A DNA stretch of 64,000 bases, taken from the NCBI GenBank assembly GCA_963764165.1, contig CAVXRD010000004.1, positions 416,001 through 480,000 of the forward strand. Reading direction: 5' to 3'. Both the position numbers and the translations under genes were made by a program. Below the pieces are notes generated by a model. The model was not told the DNA's origin and searched no databases. It saw only the letters and a list, made by a program, of their open reading frames with translations. This DNA comes from an uncultured Verrucomicrobiae bacterium (GTDB lineage: Bacteria; Verrucomicrobiota; Verrucomicrobiia; Limisphaerales; Palsa-1400). Shown here piece by piece: positions 11,132 through 20,091 of the stretch (position 1 is the first letter of the stretch; each line of letters begins with the position of its first letter).

Positions 11132-11155
11132 ATTGCCCGCGAACGCATTTGCAAG

Positions 11156-12715
11156 CTACGGAATCGTGGATCCGTTTCCGTTCTTGTCGTACCAAGTCAG
11201 CTCGTAGCCGTTGGAAGTTTGCTGAAGGGTGTAGTTGCCCGGAGAATCCTCCTCTTTCCAAGGCTGGGATGTGTAGATGTTCGTTTGCAATTGGGCGCCC
11301 AGCTTCGCCCGGGCGTCCGAGTTGAACTGCAATTGTTGACGCGCCCAGGCAGCGTCCAGCGGCGGGCCGTAGCCCATTTTTTGGACGCGAGCGCTTCCCT
11401 CGTTCCACAACAGGTTATAGACAGCCCTTTGAAAAGGGTAGTCCATTAGCGTCTGCTGCGGCACTTCTCGAATGGCGACTTCCGGACGAAACGAACGATA
11501 CAAACCCAGCCAGCAGATGCCTGCGGCTGCTATCGCCACCGCCATTACAAAATTTGACCATCGCCAACGCCCCTTGCCCGATTGTTTCCAGAAACAGAAG
11601 ATCAATGCCCCCGCTAGCATCGGAACGGCTGTGTTGCAGGCGATGGTCAACGCGGCGGCTTCGGTGTAGATTTTTTTCTGAGTTTGGAAGAACGGCCTCC
11701 ACGAAATGTAGGCGTCCTTTTTCATTTGATCGCCCGTCAGCGTGGCGGTGAGTTTTGTCGCCACCTGGCTTTTTGAGACCAATTTTCTCAAATACGGATG
11801 CACAGCCGGGATGCCGCCATAATCACTGTAACTTTGATAGTATCCGTCGGGAAAAATAACCTTCTCGCAGCGCTCGATTTCAAAACTCGGAGCGGAAGCT
11901 TCCGTTTCCCCGAAAACATAAAGATCGAAGCGGCACGGCTTGTTTTCGATGCCGGTTAGGCGAAGCGGATAAACAGGCCGGTCCGTGCTAAATACGAGGG
12001 AGATTGGATGCGCCTTGAACGCGTCCCCGCCTGAAGCGTCTTTGCGAACTTTGCTGGCGACGAAATACCAGCCCTCCGTTGCGTAATCTGAAATGGTTGG
12101 GCCTAGCGCGGAGGGAATTTCAAATCCGTTCCGATGAAGCCAATCGGCCAGCGATTGCCCATTTGAAGGTTTCAAGGTCGCCGTGTCATAGATTCCCACC
12201 GTCTTGCGCTCGAGCACGGCGACTTCCGACAAAGCGTCCCCAAACAAGCCCTGGCTCATTGCGGTGCGGCGGGACGCGGAAGACACCCCAATCAGGACGA
12301 CGGTGGCCACGAAGACGACGAAAAGAATGGCGGCATAACGCCCCCTTCTAACTTCCCAAATGCACAACAAAACAAAGAGCGTGACAAGAATCACGGGCAA
12401 ATAAAATCGCGTGACGGAAAGAACGACATGCGGGGCAAACAGCACTTGCAGCGTCGGAAATAACCCCGGGGTCGCCGCCTCCACTTTCGGCGCGCTCGGC
12501 ACCGGAATAATCCATGCAAAGTTTGTCCCCTCGCCCTCCAGCGATGTATCAATCACCAGCGTTTCGATTCCATTGGTGTAATGAATCAGCGCGCGCTGAT
12601 CGGGAATTTGAACTTTGGCAAATCCAATTGGGGGTATAAAGCAACCATCCGCGAAAAGGCGCGACGGCAAAAGAACGATCGACGCAACCAATGCAATGAG
12701 CCGGATGATTCGCAC
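11156..12715 (-). CDS. DUF2330-like membrane protein
   Basis: Signal peptide then DGCF..QRALI..ETLVI..NFAWIIPVPS, WL..NGF, YFVASK, PVYPLRLT; TM segments. Confidence 0.75.
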   Translation of the reverse strand: MRIIRLIALVASIVLLPSRLFADGCFIPPIGFAKVQIPDQRALIHYTNGIETLVIDTSLEGEGTNFAWIIPVPSAPKVEAATPGLFPTLQVLFAPHVVLSVTRFYLPVILVTLFVLLCIWEVRRGRYAAILFVVFVATVVLIGVSSASRRTAMSQGLFGDALSEVAVLERKTVGIYDTATLKPSNGQSLADWLHRNGFEIPSALGPTISDYATEGWYFVASKVRKDASGGDAFKAHPISLVFSTDRPVYPLRLTGIENKPCRFDLYVFGETEASAPSFEIERCEKVIFPDGYYQSYSDYGGIPAVHPYLRKLVSKSQVATKLTATLTGDQMKKDAYISWRPFFQTQKKIYTEAAALTIACNTAVPMLAGALIFCFWKQSGKGRWRWSNFVMAVAIAAAGICWLGLYRSFRPEVAIREVPQQTLMDYPFQRAVYNLLWNEGSARVQKMGYGPPLDAAWARQQLQFNSDARAKLGAQLQTNIYTSQPWKEEDSPGNYTLQQTSNGYELTWYDKNGNGSTIP

Positions 12716-12804
12716 CTTGTACTTGTGGTAATTGCAAAGATCGTTTCCGTCAAACCATTTTCCTTATGCGAATCAGGTGCGTTGTATTATGATCAATTCC
12801 CAGC

Positions 12805-13176
12805 ATGAACTCCTCGGATTTGTTCGCATCCGCTGATTTTGAGACTTCCGAAATCATTTTCATTGTGGTGGCGGCGATCATTGGCTTGCCAAAGATGTAC
12901 GCTGTTCATTGCTGGCTGGATCGTTGCTGCGTCAGGCTCGCCCGCAAATTCTGTCAAAGGAAGGGCTTGGAAGTCAACCGAACACGACACGGAATGGCGT
13001 TCGACTCACGACGCGTGAAAACGGAGTTCACGATTGTAGAGCTGGATTGCCTCGATGGCAAAGGGCAGAGAAAATTGGTTCGTTTGGTGGTTTGGGTTTT
13101 CGGTGTTAAGTCAGTGCTCTGCCACGAGGATTACCCCACCGATTTCGATGAGAAGTGGCCTGACTCAAAACGTTAG
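12805..13176 (+). CDS. Hypothetical membrane-anchored protein
   Basis: 123-aa ORF with N-terminal hydrophobic helix filling the gap between minus-strand genes. Confidence 0.6.
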   Translation: MNSSDLFASADFETSEIIFIVVAAIIGLPKMYAVHCWLDRCCVRLARKFCQRKGLEVNRTRHGMAFDSRRVKTEFTIVELDCLDGKGQRKLVRLVVWVFGVKSVLCHEDYPTDFDEKWPDSKR

Positions 13177-13277
13177 AGACACAGTTAAATCCGCCTTCGA
13201 GAGGCAATCTCCGATTGCTGCGAGAGCCATGCCTCAACCCGGACGCCCCGGCGAGGCGTCCCAGCCTTCAAGAGCTG

Positions 13278-14480
13278 CTATTGCTGCGGCATCCCGGGAA
13301 TGGCGGGCTCGGCTGGCTTTTCCTCGGCGGCGCCTTCCTTTTTCTCGGTCTTTTCAACCATCAATTGGGCGCGGTCGCGGATGAATGGATCGATGAGCCA
13401 TGTGTTCACCAAATAAGTCCATTTGGAGAATGATTGCTCCTTTTTCAGACGGTCTTCGGCCGCCTTGTTTTTGTCCGCGAATTCCTTGTCCAATTTCGTC
13501 TTTTCCTCGGGCTTCTCGTCCTTCCCGGCTGCCCGCTCCTTCGGAATTTCAGCGGTGACGGAGACGTTCAGGTTGTAGTCATTCTCCGGCGTCTTGTTGC
13601 CGATTTTAAGTGTGTAAGTGAAATGGTCGAATGTCTGAATCGTCACCACCAGCGGTTTGTCGAGTCCGGTTTTCTCCGGCGCGGCGTCGGCTGCAACATC
13701 CACAAAGCTGGGCGCGCCGAGAGAACTCGAAAGCGACGCAACTTTGTTGGAATCGAAAGACTCGCCCGGTTTCAAATCGGCCAAAGTCCAAGAGGCGGAT
13801 TCGCTGGCTCGTGTCACTTTCCAAGAATTCGTCGCGTTGGTGGAAACGAAGGTGACTGTCTCCGGTTTTTCGACTTTGAAGAAATCCTTGTTCAGCCATT
13901 CCGCTGGCTTGGGATCGACTTTGTTCAACGGGTCGGAAATGGTAATCACGGAATTCGGATTGCTTGGCAGCATCACATAGCGTCCGTCCGCAAAACCCTC
14001 GTCGCCGAACGACATGGGCGAGCGGCGCTCGGTTTCCTGCGTGTGTTTTTTGCCGACCAGCAACGATTGCATGATTTTCCCCTGCGCATCCTTGAATTCC
14101 AGAAGAATAGCCGAATCCGCGCCTTTGCCTGGGTCAGCCAAATGCATGCGGGCCAGTTGCGAAGGCGCGATGGGATCGGACTGGATGACCTTCAGGTCGG
14201 CCATTTTTAGAGCGAGGTCTCTGATGTCATCCGTGTTGGCGGGATAGCCGCCACGCTGATCCACCACCCAGCCATTCGTCTTGTTCTCAATGGTCAGTTC
14301 CGTGTCTCCCTTGATGTGGATGGCGGCGACATCACTAATTTGGAAGTTCTTGAGCAATTTCTGGCCTATTTGCGCTTCGGATTGCGTCCATGTTTCGGTA
14401 TGGCGCTTAACCAAAACCAACCCGGCTCCCCCCACGATAACGAGGGCCAGCAGGAGAAGAATTAATTGTTTGCGATTCAT
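13278..14480 (-). CDS. DUF4340-like protein
   Basis: N-terminal TM, GYPA motif, position after GldG-like gene. Confidence 0.75.
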   Translation of the reverse strand: MNRKQLILLLLALVIVGGAGLVLVKRHTETWTQSEAQIGQKLLKNFQISDVAAIHIKGDTELTIENKTNGWVVDQRGGYPANTDDIRDLALKMADLKVIQSDPIAPSQLARMHLADPGKGADSAILLEFKDAQGKIMQSLLVGKKHTQETERRSPMSFGDEGFADGRYVMLPSNPNSVITISDPLNKVDPKPAEWLNKDFFKVEKPETVTFVSTNATNSWKVTRASESASWTLADLKPGESFDSNKVASLSSSLGAPSFVDVAADAAPEKTGLDKPLVVTIQTFDHFTYTLKIGNKTPENDYNLNVSVTAEIPKERAAGKDEKPEEKTKLDKEFADKNKAAEDRLKKEQSFSKWTYLVNTWLIDPFIRDRAQLMVEKTEKKEGAAEEKPAEPAIPGMPQQ

Positions 14481-16378
14481 TTTGCGGCAGTGCGGTTGCG
14501 TTTAAAAATGGCGAGCACGATGCCGGTGAGGGCCACCAGGATCGGCATCGTTGCGATATTGGCGACTTTGGTGTGAAATTCGAGGGCATCGGTTTCGCGG
14601 CGCAAATTCTTTTGCGTCTGGCGAAGATCCTTGTTGGCCTTGGCGACCGTCTCCTGATAATTGGCCAATTCCTTTTGCTGGTCCGGTGACAAGATGAATT
14701 TCGAGTCGCTGCCCTGTTTGGCGGACTGCAATTGGCTGATCTTTTGTTCCGTTTGCTGCTTCTGTTCTTCGATCGCCTTGACCTTTTGCTCCCACTCCTG
14801 GCTGGCTTTGGCCTCCATTTCTTTGACGCGGGTAAAGGGCCGGTTCAAGCTCGCCCGGCTGCGCAAGCTGATCAAATCGTTGTCGCCCGCGAGCAGTTCA
14901 ACAAAGCTCTGCATCAAGTTCAGGTTTCCATTCATGGGCGTAACAAAGCGCCGGCCAGCGAAACTCGAGACTTGCACGCAGGCTTGATCGGCGACGAAAT
15001 CGGTGTCTGCAATAAGGATGACGACCCCGTCGGTCTTGGATTCCTTGAGCGACGCTGAATTCGTGTCGGTCTTGGGCGCTTCCTTGTCGTCCTTGGCCGA
15101 TTTGGGCTCGCCATCGGGAAACGCCGTTTTGAATTTCCCTTCCAATCGCACCGCCATCGCGTATTCCGTGTTGGACGGCTTGAAATCCTTGACGATCTGC
15201 TCTCCGGAAATGCTCGAGGTCATGGCTTCCACCAACTCCGATTGCTTCGTCGAATGGATCAAGACGGTCTCTTTCAATCCGTTGGTCGGCGTTCCGATAA
15301 ATGCGCCAGCGAATGGCAGCACGAGATTGTCGATCTGGCTCATGACGATGTCATCGGTATTGACGCCCTCTTTCGTGACGAGGAGAACCGCTGGCATCGA
15401 GCCGCCGCCGTTGCGCGGGTTTCTGCCAGCGAAAGTCATGTCGACGACGACCTTGTTCATGTCCATGTCCAAGCCCCAAGCTTTGAACAACGTGGGGAGC
15501 GAGGATTGCCCGGAGCTTTCTCCCAGCACTTGCGCCATCTGATCGTGCTTCTGGTCGAAATAGGCGTGCGGATCAACCATGGCCAGCACTTTGCCGCCGC
15601 GAAGGATATATTGGTCGATGGCGTATTGCGCCGTTTCCGTGATGTCGCGTGGATGGTCAACAATAAGAACGGTGACATCGTCATCGATTTTGCTCGCGGT
15701 CATTGGAACTTCGCGCACCGTAAAATCCTGTTTTAATTCGGTGATGAACACCGCAGCCTCCGAGCCTTGCTGCCCCATGCGCTGCATCATCGGATTTGGT
15801 TCGCTGCCAAATACCGGAAGCGCGCTCATCACGCCCACGACCGGCGGCTTTGTGTTGATGACGCGGGCAATTGCGCGGGAGACGTCGTATTCCAGCATCC
15901 GCTCGCGATCCGGCCCCAGCCACGGGCACACGACCTTCTGGTCCAGCATTTTTACGAAAAGCCCGAGATAAACCTTGTCGCCGCCGAGCGGCGAGGTCAG
16001 TTGCCCTTCGACCCCGTCGAGCCGGGCTGAATCTTCCGCATCGGAATCCGGCTGCGGATCGAATTTTTGGAGAATGATTTTGCCGTGCGCGGCCTGCTTG
16101 TATTCATCGAGCAAATCCTCCACATGCTGCGCGTAAGTCTTCAAGGCCGGCGGCATCAAGTTGCCGCTTTGCGTGCAATAAAAACGGATTGTTATGGGCG
16201 ATTCGATCTTGGCAAGAATCCGCCGCGTCCCGGGTGAAAGGGTGAAAGCCTTTTCCTGCGTCAAATCGATCCGCTCCTTGGCCGCGCCGGTGACGACGTA
16301 AAAGGCCAGCAGGATGACGAACATGACGATCACGCCAACCGTCGAGTAAAAATACGTTTCAAGATTCTTATGCTTCAT
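14477..16378 (-). CDS. GldG-family ABC auxiliary component
   Basis: RIDLTQEKAFTLSPGT, LEYDVSRAI, IDQYILRGGK, C-terminal coiled coil and TM. Confidence 0.85.
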   Translation of the reverse strand: MKHKNLETYFYSTVGVIVMFVILLAFYVVTGAAKERIDLTQEKAFTLSPGTRRILAKIESPITIRFYCTQSGNLMPPALKTYAQHVEDLLDEYKQAAHGKIILQKFDPQPDSDAEDSARLDGVEGQLTSPLGGDKVYLGLFVKMLDQKVVCPWLGPDRERMLEYDVSRAIARVINTKPPVVGVMSALPVFGSEPNPMMQRMGQQGSEAAVFITELKQDFTVREVPMTASKIDDDVTVLIVDHPRDITETAQYAIDQYILRGGKVLAMVDPHAYFDQKHDQMAQVLGESSGQSSLPTLFKAWGLDMDMNKVVVDMTFAGRNPRNGGGSMPAVLLVTKEGVNTDDIVMSQIDNLVLPFAGAFIGTPTNGLKETVLIHSTKQSELVEAMTSSISGEQIVKDFKPSNTEYAMAVRLEGKFKTAFPDGEPKSAKDDKEAPKTDTNSASLKESKTDGVVILIADTDFVADQACVQVSSFAGRRFVTPMNGNLNLMQSFVELLAGDNDLISLRSRASLNRPFTRVKEMEAKASQEWEQKVKAIEEQKQQTEQKISQLQSAKQGSDSKFILSPDQQKELANYQETVAKANKDLRQTQKNLRRETDALEFHTKVANIATMPILVALTGIVLAIFKRNRTAAK

Positions 16379-16397
16379 GGCTTCTCAAAAATTCGGT

Positions 16398-17144
16398 TTA
16401 ACCAGCCCGATGACTGCGAATGATGACGCCGGTTGTAAACAAACAAAACCCGATCACGCAGAGGAAATAGACCACGTCCTGGGAATTCAGCACGCCCTTG
16501 GTGAAATACTCAAAATGCGTCAAAAAGCTGAACGCGGAAATCGTATTGACGACCCACGGCCAGTCCAATCGCGCGAACAGATCCGTCACCGGCGGGAATC
16601 CGCACAGCACCAGGATCAAGCAGGCGACCGCTGACAAAATGAAGCTCACCACCTGGTTGCGAGTCATCGCCGAGGTCATGCAACTGATGGCCAGATAGGC
16701 CCCGGCCATCAGAAAACTGCCGACATAACTGGCGAAGATCACGCCGTTGTCGGGCGAGCCGAGATAATTCACGGTAATGACCACCGGGAACGTCAGCACC
16801 AGCGCCAGCAACAGGAACATCCACGAGGCGAGAAATTTTCCGAGGATCGCCTGCCAGGCGGTGATGGGCATTGTCAACAATAGCTCCAGTGTGCCGACCC
16901 GGCGCTCCTCCGCCCACAAGCGCATTCCAACCGCAGGCACCAGGAACAAATACAGCCAGGGATGCCAGACGAAGAACGAATGTTCCAGCGAAGCCTGGCC
17001 GTTCTCAAAAAAGCGGCCAAGCATGAAGGTGAAAAACCCCATCAACAAAAGAAAAATGACGATGAAAACGTAGGCCACTGGCGACGCGAAATACGCAGCC
17101 AGTTCCCGTTTGGTCACGGCTTTGACGATGCTAAGTGAATTCAT
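16398..17144 (-). CDS. ABC-2 permease (GldF-like)
   Basis: RELAAYFASPVAY, MRLWAEERRVGTLELLLT, GKFLA. Confidence 0.9.
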   Translation of the reverse strand: MNSLSIVKAVTKRELAAYFASPVAYVFIVIFLLLMGFFTFMLGRFFENGQASLEHSFFVWHPWLYLFLVPAVGMRLWAEERRVGTLELLLTMPITAWQAILGKFLASWMFLLLALVLTFPVVITVNYLGSPDNGVIFASYVGSFLMAGAYLAISCMTSAMTRNQVVSFILSAVACLILVLCGFPPVTDLFARLDWPWVVNTISAFSFLTHFEYFTKGVLNSQDVVYFLCVIGFCLFTTGVIIRSHRAG

Positions 17145-18100
17145 TTTTTGTCTGCGTTGGCTGTTTCGGGCAAAGTGATGCTGCGGAAGACTTCGTCCAA
17201 CCGGCCTTCTTCGGTGTGAAGTTCCTCGATCTGCCAGCTGGTGGTGGCGGCACGAATACTGCGGGCAAGATCGCCGTTGACTCCGGCGCCTTTTGGATAC
17301 ACGCGGGCCAGCACTTTCCCCTGCTCCTCTTTGACGATGGCGGCGCGCCGGGCATCGGGAATGGCCCCGAGCCTCTCAGTCACTTGAGCGGCGGAAAGGC
17401 CACGCACGGCAACCAGCACCGTGCCCGCAATGTCCGACTTCTGCTTCAATTCCTGCGGCGTGCCGTTGGCCACGATTTGTCCTCGGTCAATGATAATGGC
17501 GCGGGAACAAACAGCCTCGACTTCCTCAAGAATGTGCGTTGAAAAAATAATCGCTTTGCGTTCGCCCATGCGGCGGATCAAACCCCGCACCTCATGCTTT
17601 TGATTCGGGTCCAGGCCGTCCGTCGGTTCGTCAAGAACAAGGACATCCGGGTCATGCAAAATCGACTGGGCGAAACAAGTGCGGTGGCGGTAACCCTTCG
17701 AGAGCGTGTCCACGCTCTGGTAACGAACGCCCTCGAGAAAGCACATTTCAATCGCGCGCCCGATGGCTCGTTTTTTGGAATCGCCGGAAAGCCCGCGCAA
17801 TTCCGCCACGAAACCAAGGAAGCCCTCCACCGTCATATCCGTGTAAGCGGGCGCATTTTCCGGCAGGTAGCCGATCAGCCGCTTGGCGGAAATGGGATTG
17901 TCAACGATGTCGAATCCTCCCACGGAAACGCGCCCTTCGGTCGGCGGGATATAGCCGGTGATCATGCGCATCGTGGTGGATTTTCCGGCGCCGTTGGGCC
18001 CAAGGAACCCGAGAACTTCGCCGCGTTCCACCGTGAAGGAAAGGTGGTTGACGGCCACTTTGGGGCCGAACGCCTTGCTTAAATTTTCAACTTTAATCAT
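17141..18100 (-). CDS. ABC ATP-binding protein (GldA-like)
   Basis: Walker A GPNGAGKST, LSKGYR signature, Walker B LVLDEPT. Confidence 0.95.
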   Translation of the reverse strand: MIKVENLSKAFGPKVAVNHLSFTVERGEVLGFLGPNGAGKSTTMRMITGYIPPTEGRVSVGGFDIVDNPISAKRLIGYLPENAPAYTDMTVEGFLGFVAELRGLSGDSKKRAIGRAIEMCFLEGVRYQSVDTLSKGYRHRTCFAQSILHDPDVLVLDEPTDGLDPNQKHEVRGLIRRMGERKAIIFSTHILEEVEAVCSRAIIIDRGQIVANGTPQELKQKSDIAGTVLVAVRGLSAAQVTERLGAIPDARRAAIVKEEQGKVLARVYPKGAGVNGDLARSIRAATTSWQIEELHTEEGRLDEVFRSITLPETANADKK

Positions 18101-18270
18101 TCGTAAAAACTCCGCTCTGCGAGGAGACCGGGCTTGCGGTTATATAACACTGACTTATTCAACCGCAAGTTTGTTCAAAGGCAACTTTTTGCCTCTATGC
18201 TCGGTTAGACACAATCCAAAAAAAATGTTCAAAAAAAGTCTGAAGGCCAACCTTGGCAAAGCCCGGATCT

Positions 18271-18354
18271 ATCCCATTGGCAGCATAATTCCCATGATTC
18301 CCATTCCTCCCATGAAGATGGGACTGATGGCAATCACGGGAATTATGGGACGGC
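18271..18354. repeat. 9-nt periodic CCCAT/ATGGG inverted array (REP-like)
   Basis: ttcccatga-ttcccattc-ctcccat gaag atgggactg-atggcaatc-acgggaatt-atggg. Confidence 0.6.
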
Positions 18355-18360
18355 TCGCGA

Positions 18361-19548
18361 CTAAGCTGGTTTGGAGACCGTGGCTGGCGTCTGGAAAATC
18401 TCCTTGAAGGCGGCCATGAAGCGCCCCATTTCCTCTGCGTTCCCCACCGAGACGCGCATATAATCGTCCATCGGCGGGAACGGGCGCCCGACCAAAACAC
18501 CGCGATGGCGGAATTCCGGAATGACAGAGCGAATCGGGCGGCGGATGTGAACCATGAAGAAATTCGTTTCCGAAGGAAGGCATTCGTAGCCGAGCCCTGT
18601 CAATTCGGTTGTGGTTTTCTTGCGGAGTTCAAGCGTCATGGATTTCACCTTGGCCTGCGCCTCGGTGTCCTTGATGGCAGCGGCTCCGCCCCATTTGACG
18701 ATGGCATTTATGCTGGCAATCGAGCGCGGGGTCATCCGCTCGATAATCGGCGTGGGGGCAATGGCATATCCCAGCCGCATTCCCGCCAGTCCGACGATCT
18801 TTGAAAACGTCCGGGCAACTAATACCTGACGCCCTTCCTTCACATACGGAATGGAAGTCGCAAATTCCGGATCCTCCACATAATGGAAATAAGCTTCGTC
18901 AATCAAAACTGGCATGTCGGGAGGAATTCCATCGAGCAATTTCTTAATGTCCGTCTTTGAAACGATGCCGCCGGTCGGATTGTTCGGGTTGCAAATGTAA
19001 ACCAGCCCGATCTCGGCGCGCCGCTCGTTGACAGCGGCGATGATGCCCGGAATGTCCTGGCGAAAATCCGGCAGGAGCGGAATTTCGATCGCGTCCGATT
19101 TCACGCCGCGGGCAAATTCGTAGACCATGGAATAGGAAGGACGCGATCCAACCATCTTCTTCCCGCCTTCCAAAAATGTTTCCGCCGAAACATCCAGTAT
19201 TTCTGTCGAACCGGCTCCGAGCAACACATTCTCAGGGCTGACGCCGTGAGATTCCGCGATGGCTTCGACGAGGCCGCCATCTGGATTGCCATAGCGATTG
19301 GCAAATTTCAGCGCGCCTTTCATCGCTTCCATGACGGATTCCGGCGGGCCCCAGGGATTTTCGTTGAAGCAAAGTTTGGCCATCTTGTCGTACTCGGCGA
19401 TGGTCATGGCATGACCGCCAGCGCCCGCCTCAGCTTTGGGCAGCGCCATTAATTCAGACCCCGAACGCAGTCCAAAGTAAGTTGCCGCAAAGGCAAGCCC
19501 GCCCATGAATTTCCGGCGCGAAAAAGAAGATGTGGTTTTAGAGTTCAT
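18361..19548 (-). CDS. HisC-like PLP aminotransferase class I/II with Tat signal peptide
   Basis: MNSKTTSSFSRRKFMGG twin-arginine; NENPWG, CNPNNPTG, DEAY, RTFSKIVGLAGMRLG. Confidence 0.88.
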   Translation of the reverse strand: MNSKTTSSFSRRKFMGGLAFAATYFGLRSGSELMALPKAEAGAGGHAMTIAEYDKMAKLCFNENPWGPPESVMEAMKGALKFANRYGNPDGGLVEAIAESHGVSPENVLLGAGSTEILDVSAETFLEGGKKMVGSRPSYSMVYEFARGVKSDAIEIPLLPDFRQDIPGIIAAVNERRAEIGLVYICNPNNPTGGIVSKTDIKKLLDGIPPDMPVLIDEAYFHYVEDPEFATSIPYVKEGRQVLVARTFSKIVGLAGMRLGYAIAPTPIIERMTPRSIASINAIVKWGGAAAIKDTEAQAKVKSMTLELRKKTTTELTGLGYECLPSETNFFMVHIRRPIRSVIPEFRHRGVLVGRPFPPMDDYMRVSVGNAEEMGRFMAAFKEIFQTPATVSKPA

Positions 19549-19699
19549 AACTTTTTTTGGTAACCGACGACACAAGCACGCGGAGCAAAATAATGATTTC
19601 ACACGGCCATGACAAGGCCAAAAAAGACCACCCATGGACTGTGGGTGTGATTGGACGTGGATGAGGCGTAACTGAAATTGCCGCCGATTTCGCTTTGAA

Positions 19700-19885
19700 C
19701 GGAGTGCGGCTGTGTCGAAGACCAGCCGCAGCAACATTCAAATAACCGAAAGCGAATCTTGTTGCAGCCATCTCCGGAAAGCATGTCAAGACTTCGGAGC
19801 TGCGGCCAGCGAGCCGCGGCGCTCTTTCCAACGCGCCACTTGTTTCGAAGCGGCTGCGGCTGGTCTTCGACACAGCCGCACTCCG
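19700..19885. repeat. REPIN-like element: perfect 33-bp inverted repeat
   Basis: CGGAGTGCGGCTGTGTCGAAGACCAGCCGCAGC at 19700-19732, reverse complement at 19853-19885. Confidence 0.85.
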
Positions 19886-20091
19886 GCGGCGATCGCACTT
19901 GCGCCTCACCCACTTCCAATCGCACCTATCCGCCACGGGGCTTTCCCCGACAAATCGGGCCGTGTATTAGGCACTTGAAAATCCGCTTGCTGTCAGGTAC
20001 TTTTATGGCGGGAGATCAGGAGGGTCACCTGAGCCGCTGTTTGAATTGAAATCGAACCGCGAAGCCTGGAGGGTTTCCCAAGCAACACATT

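Noticed and set aside
19538..20049. ORFs over the 33-bp inverted repeat and 5' extension of the HisC-like ORF
   Set aside because: Translations of the repeat; Tat leader starts at 19548
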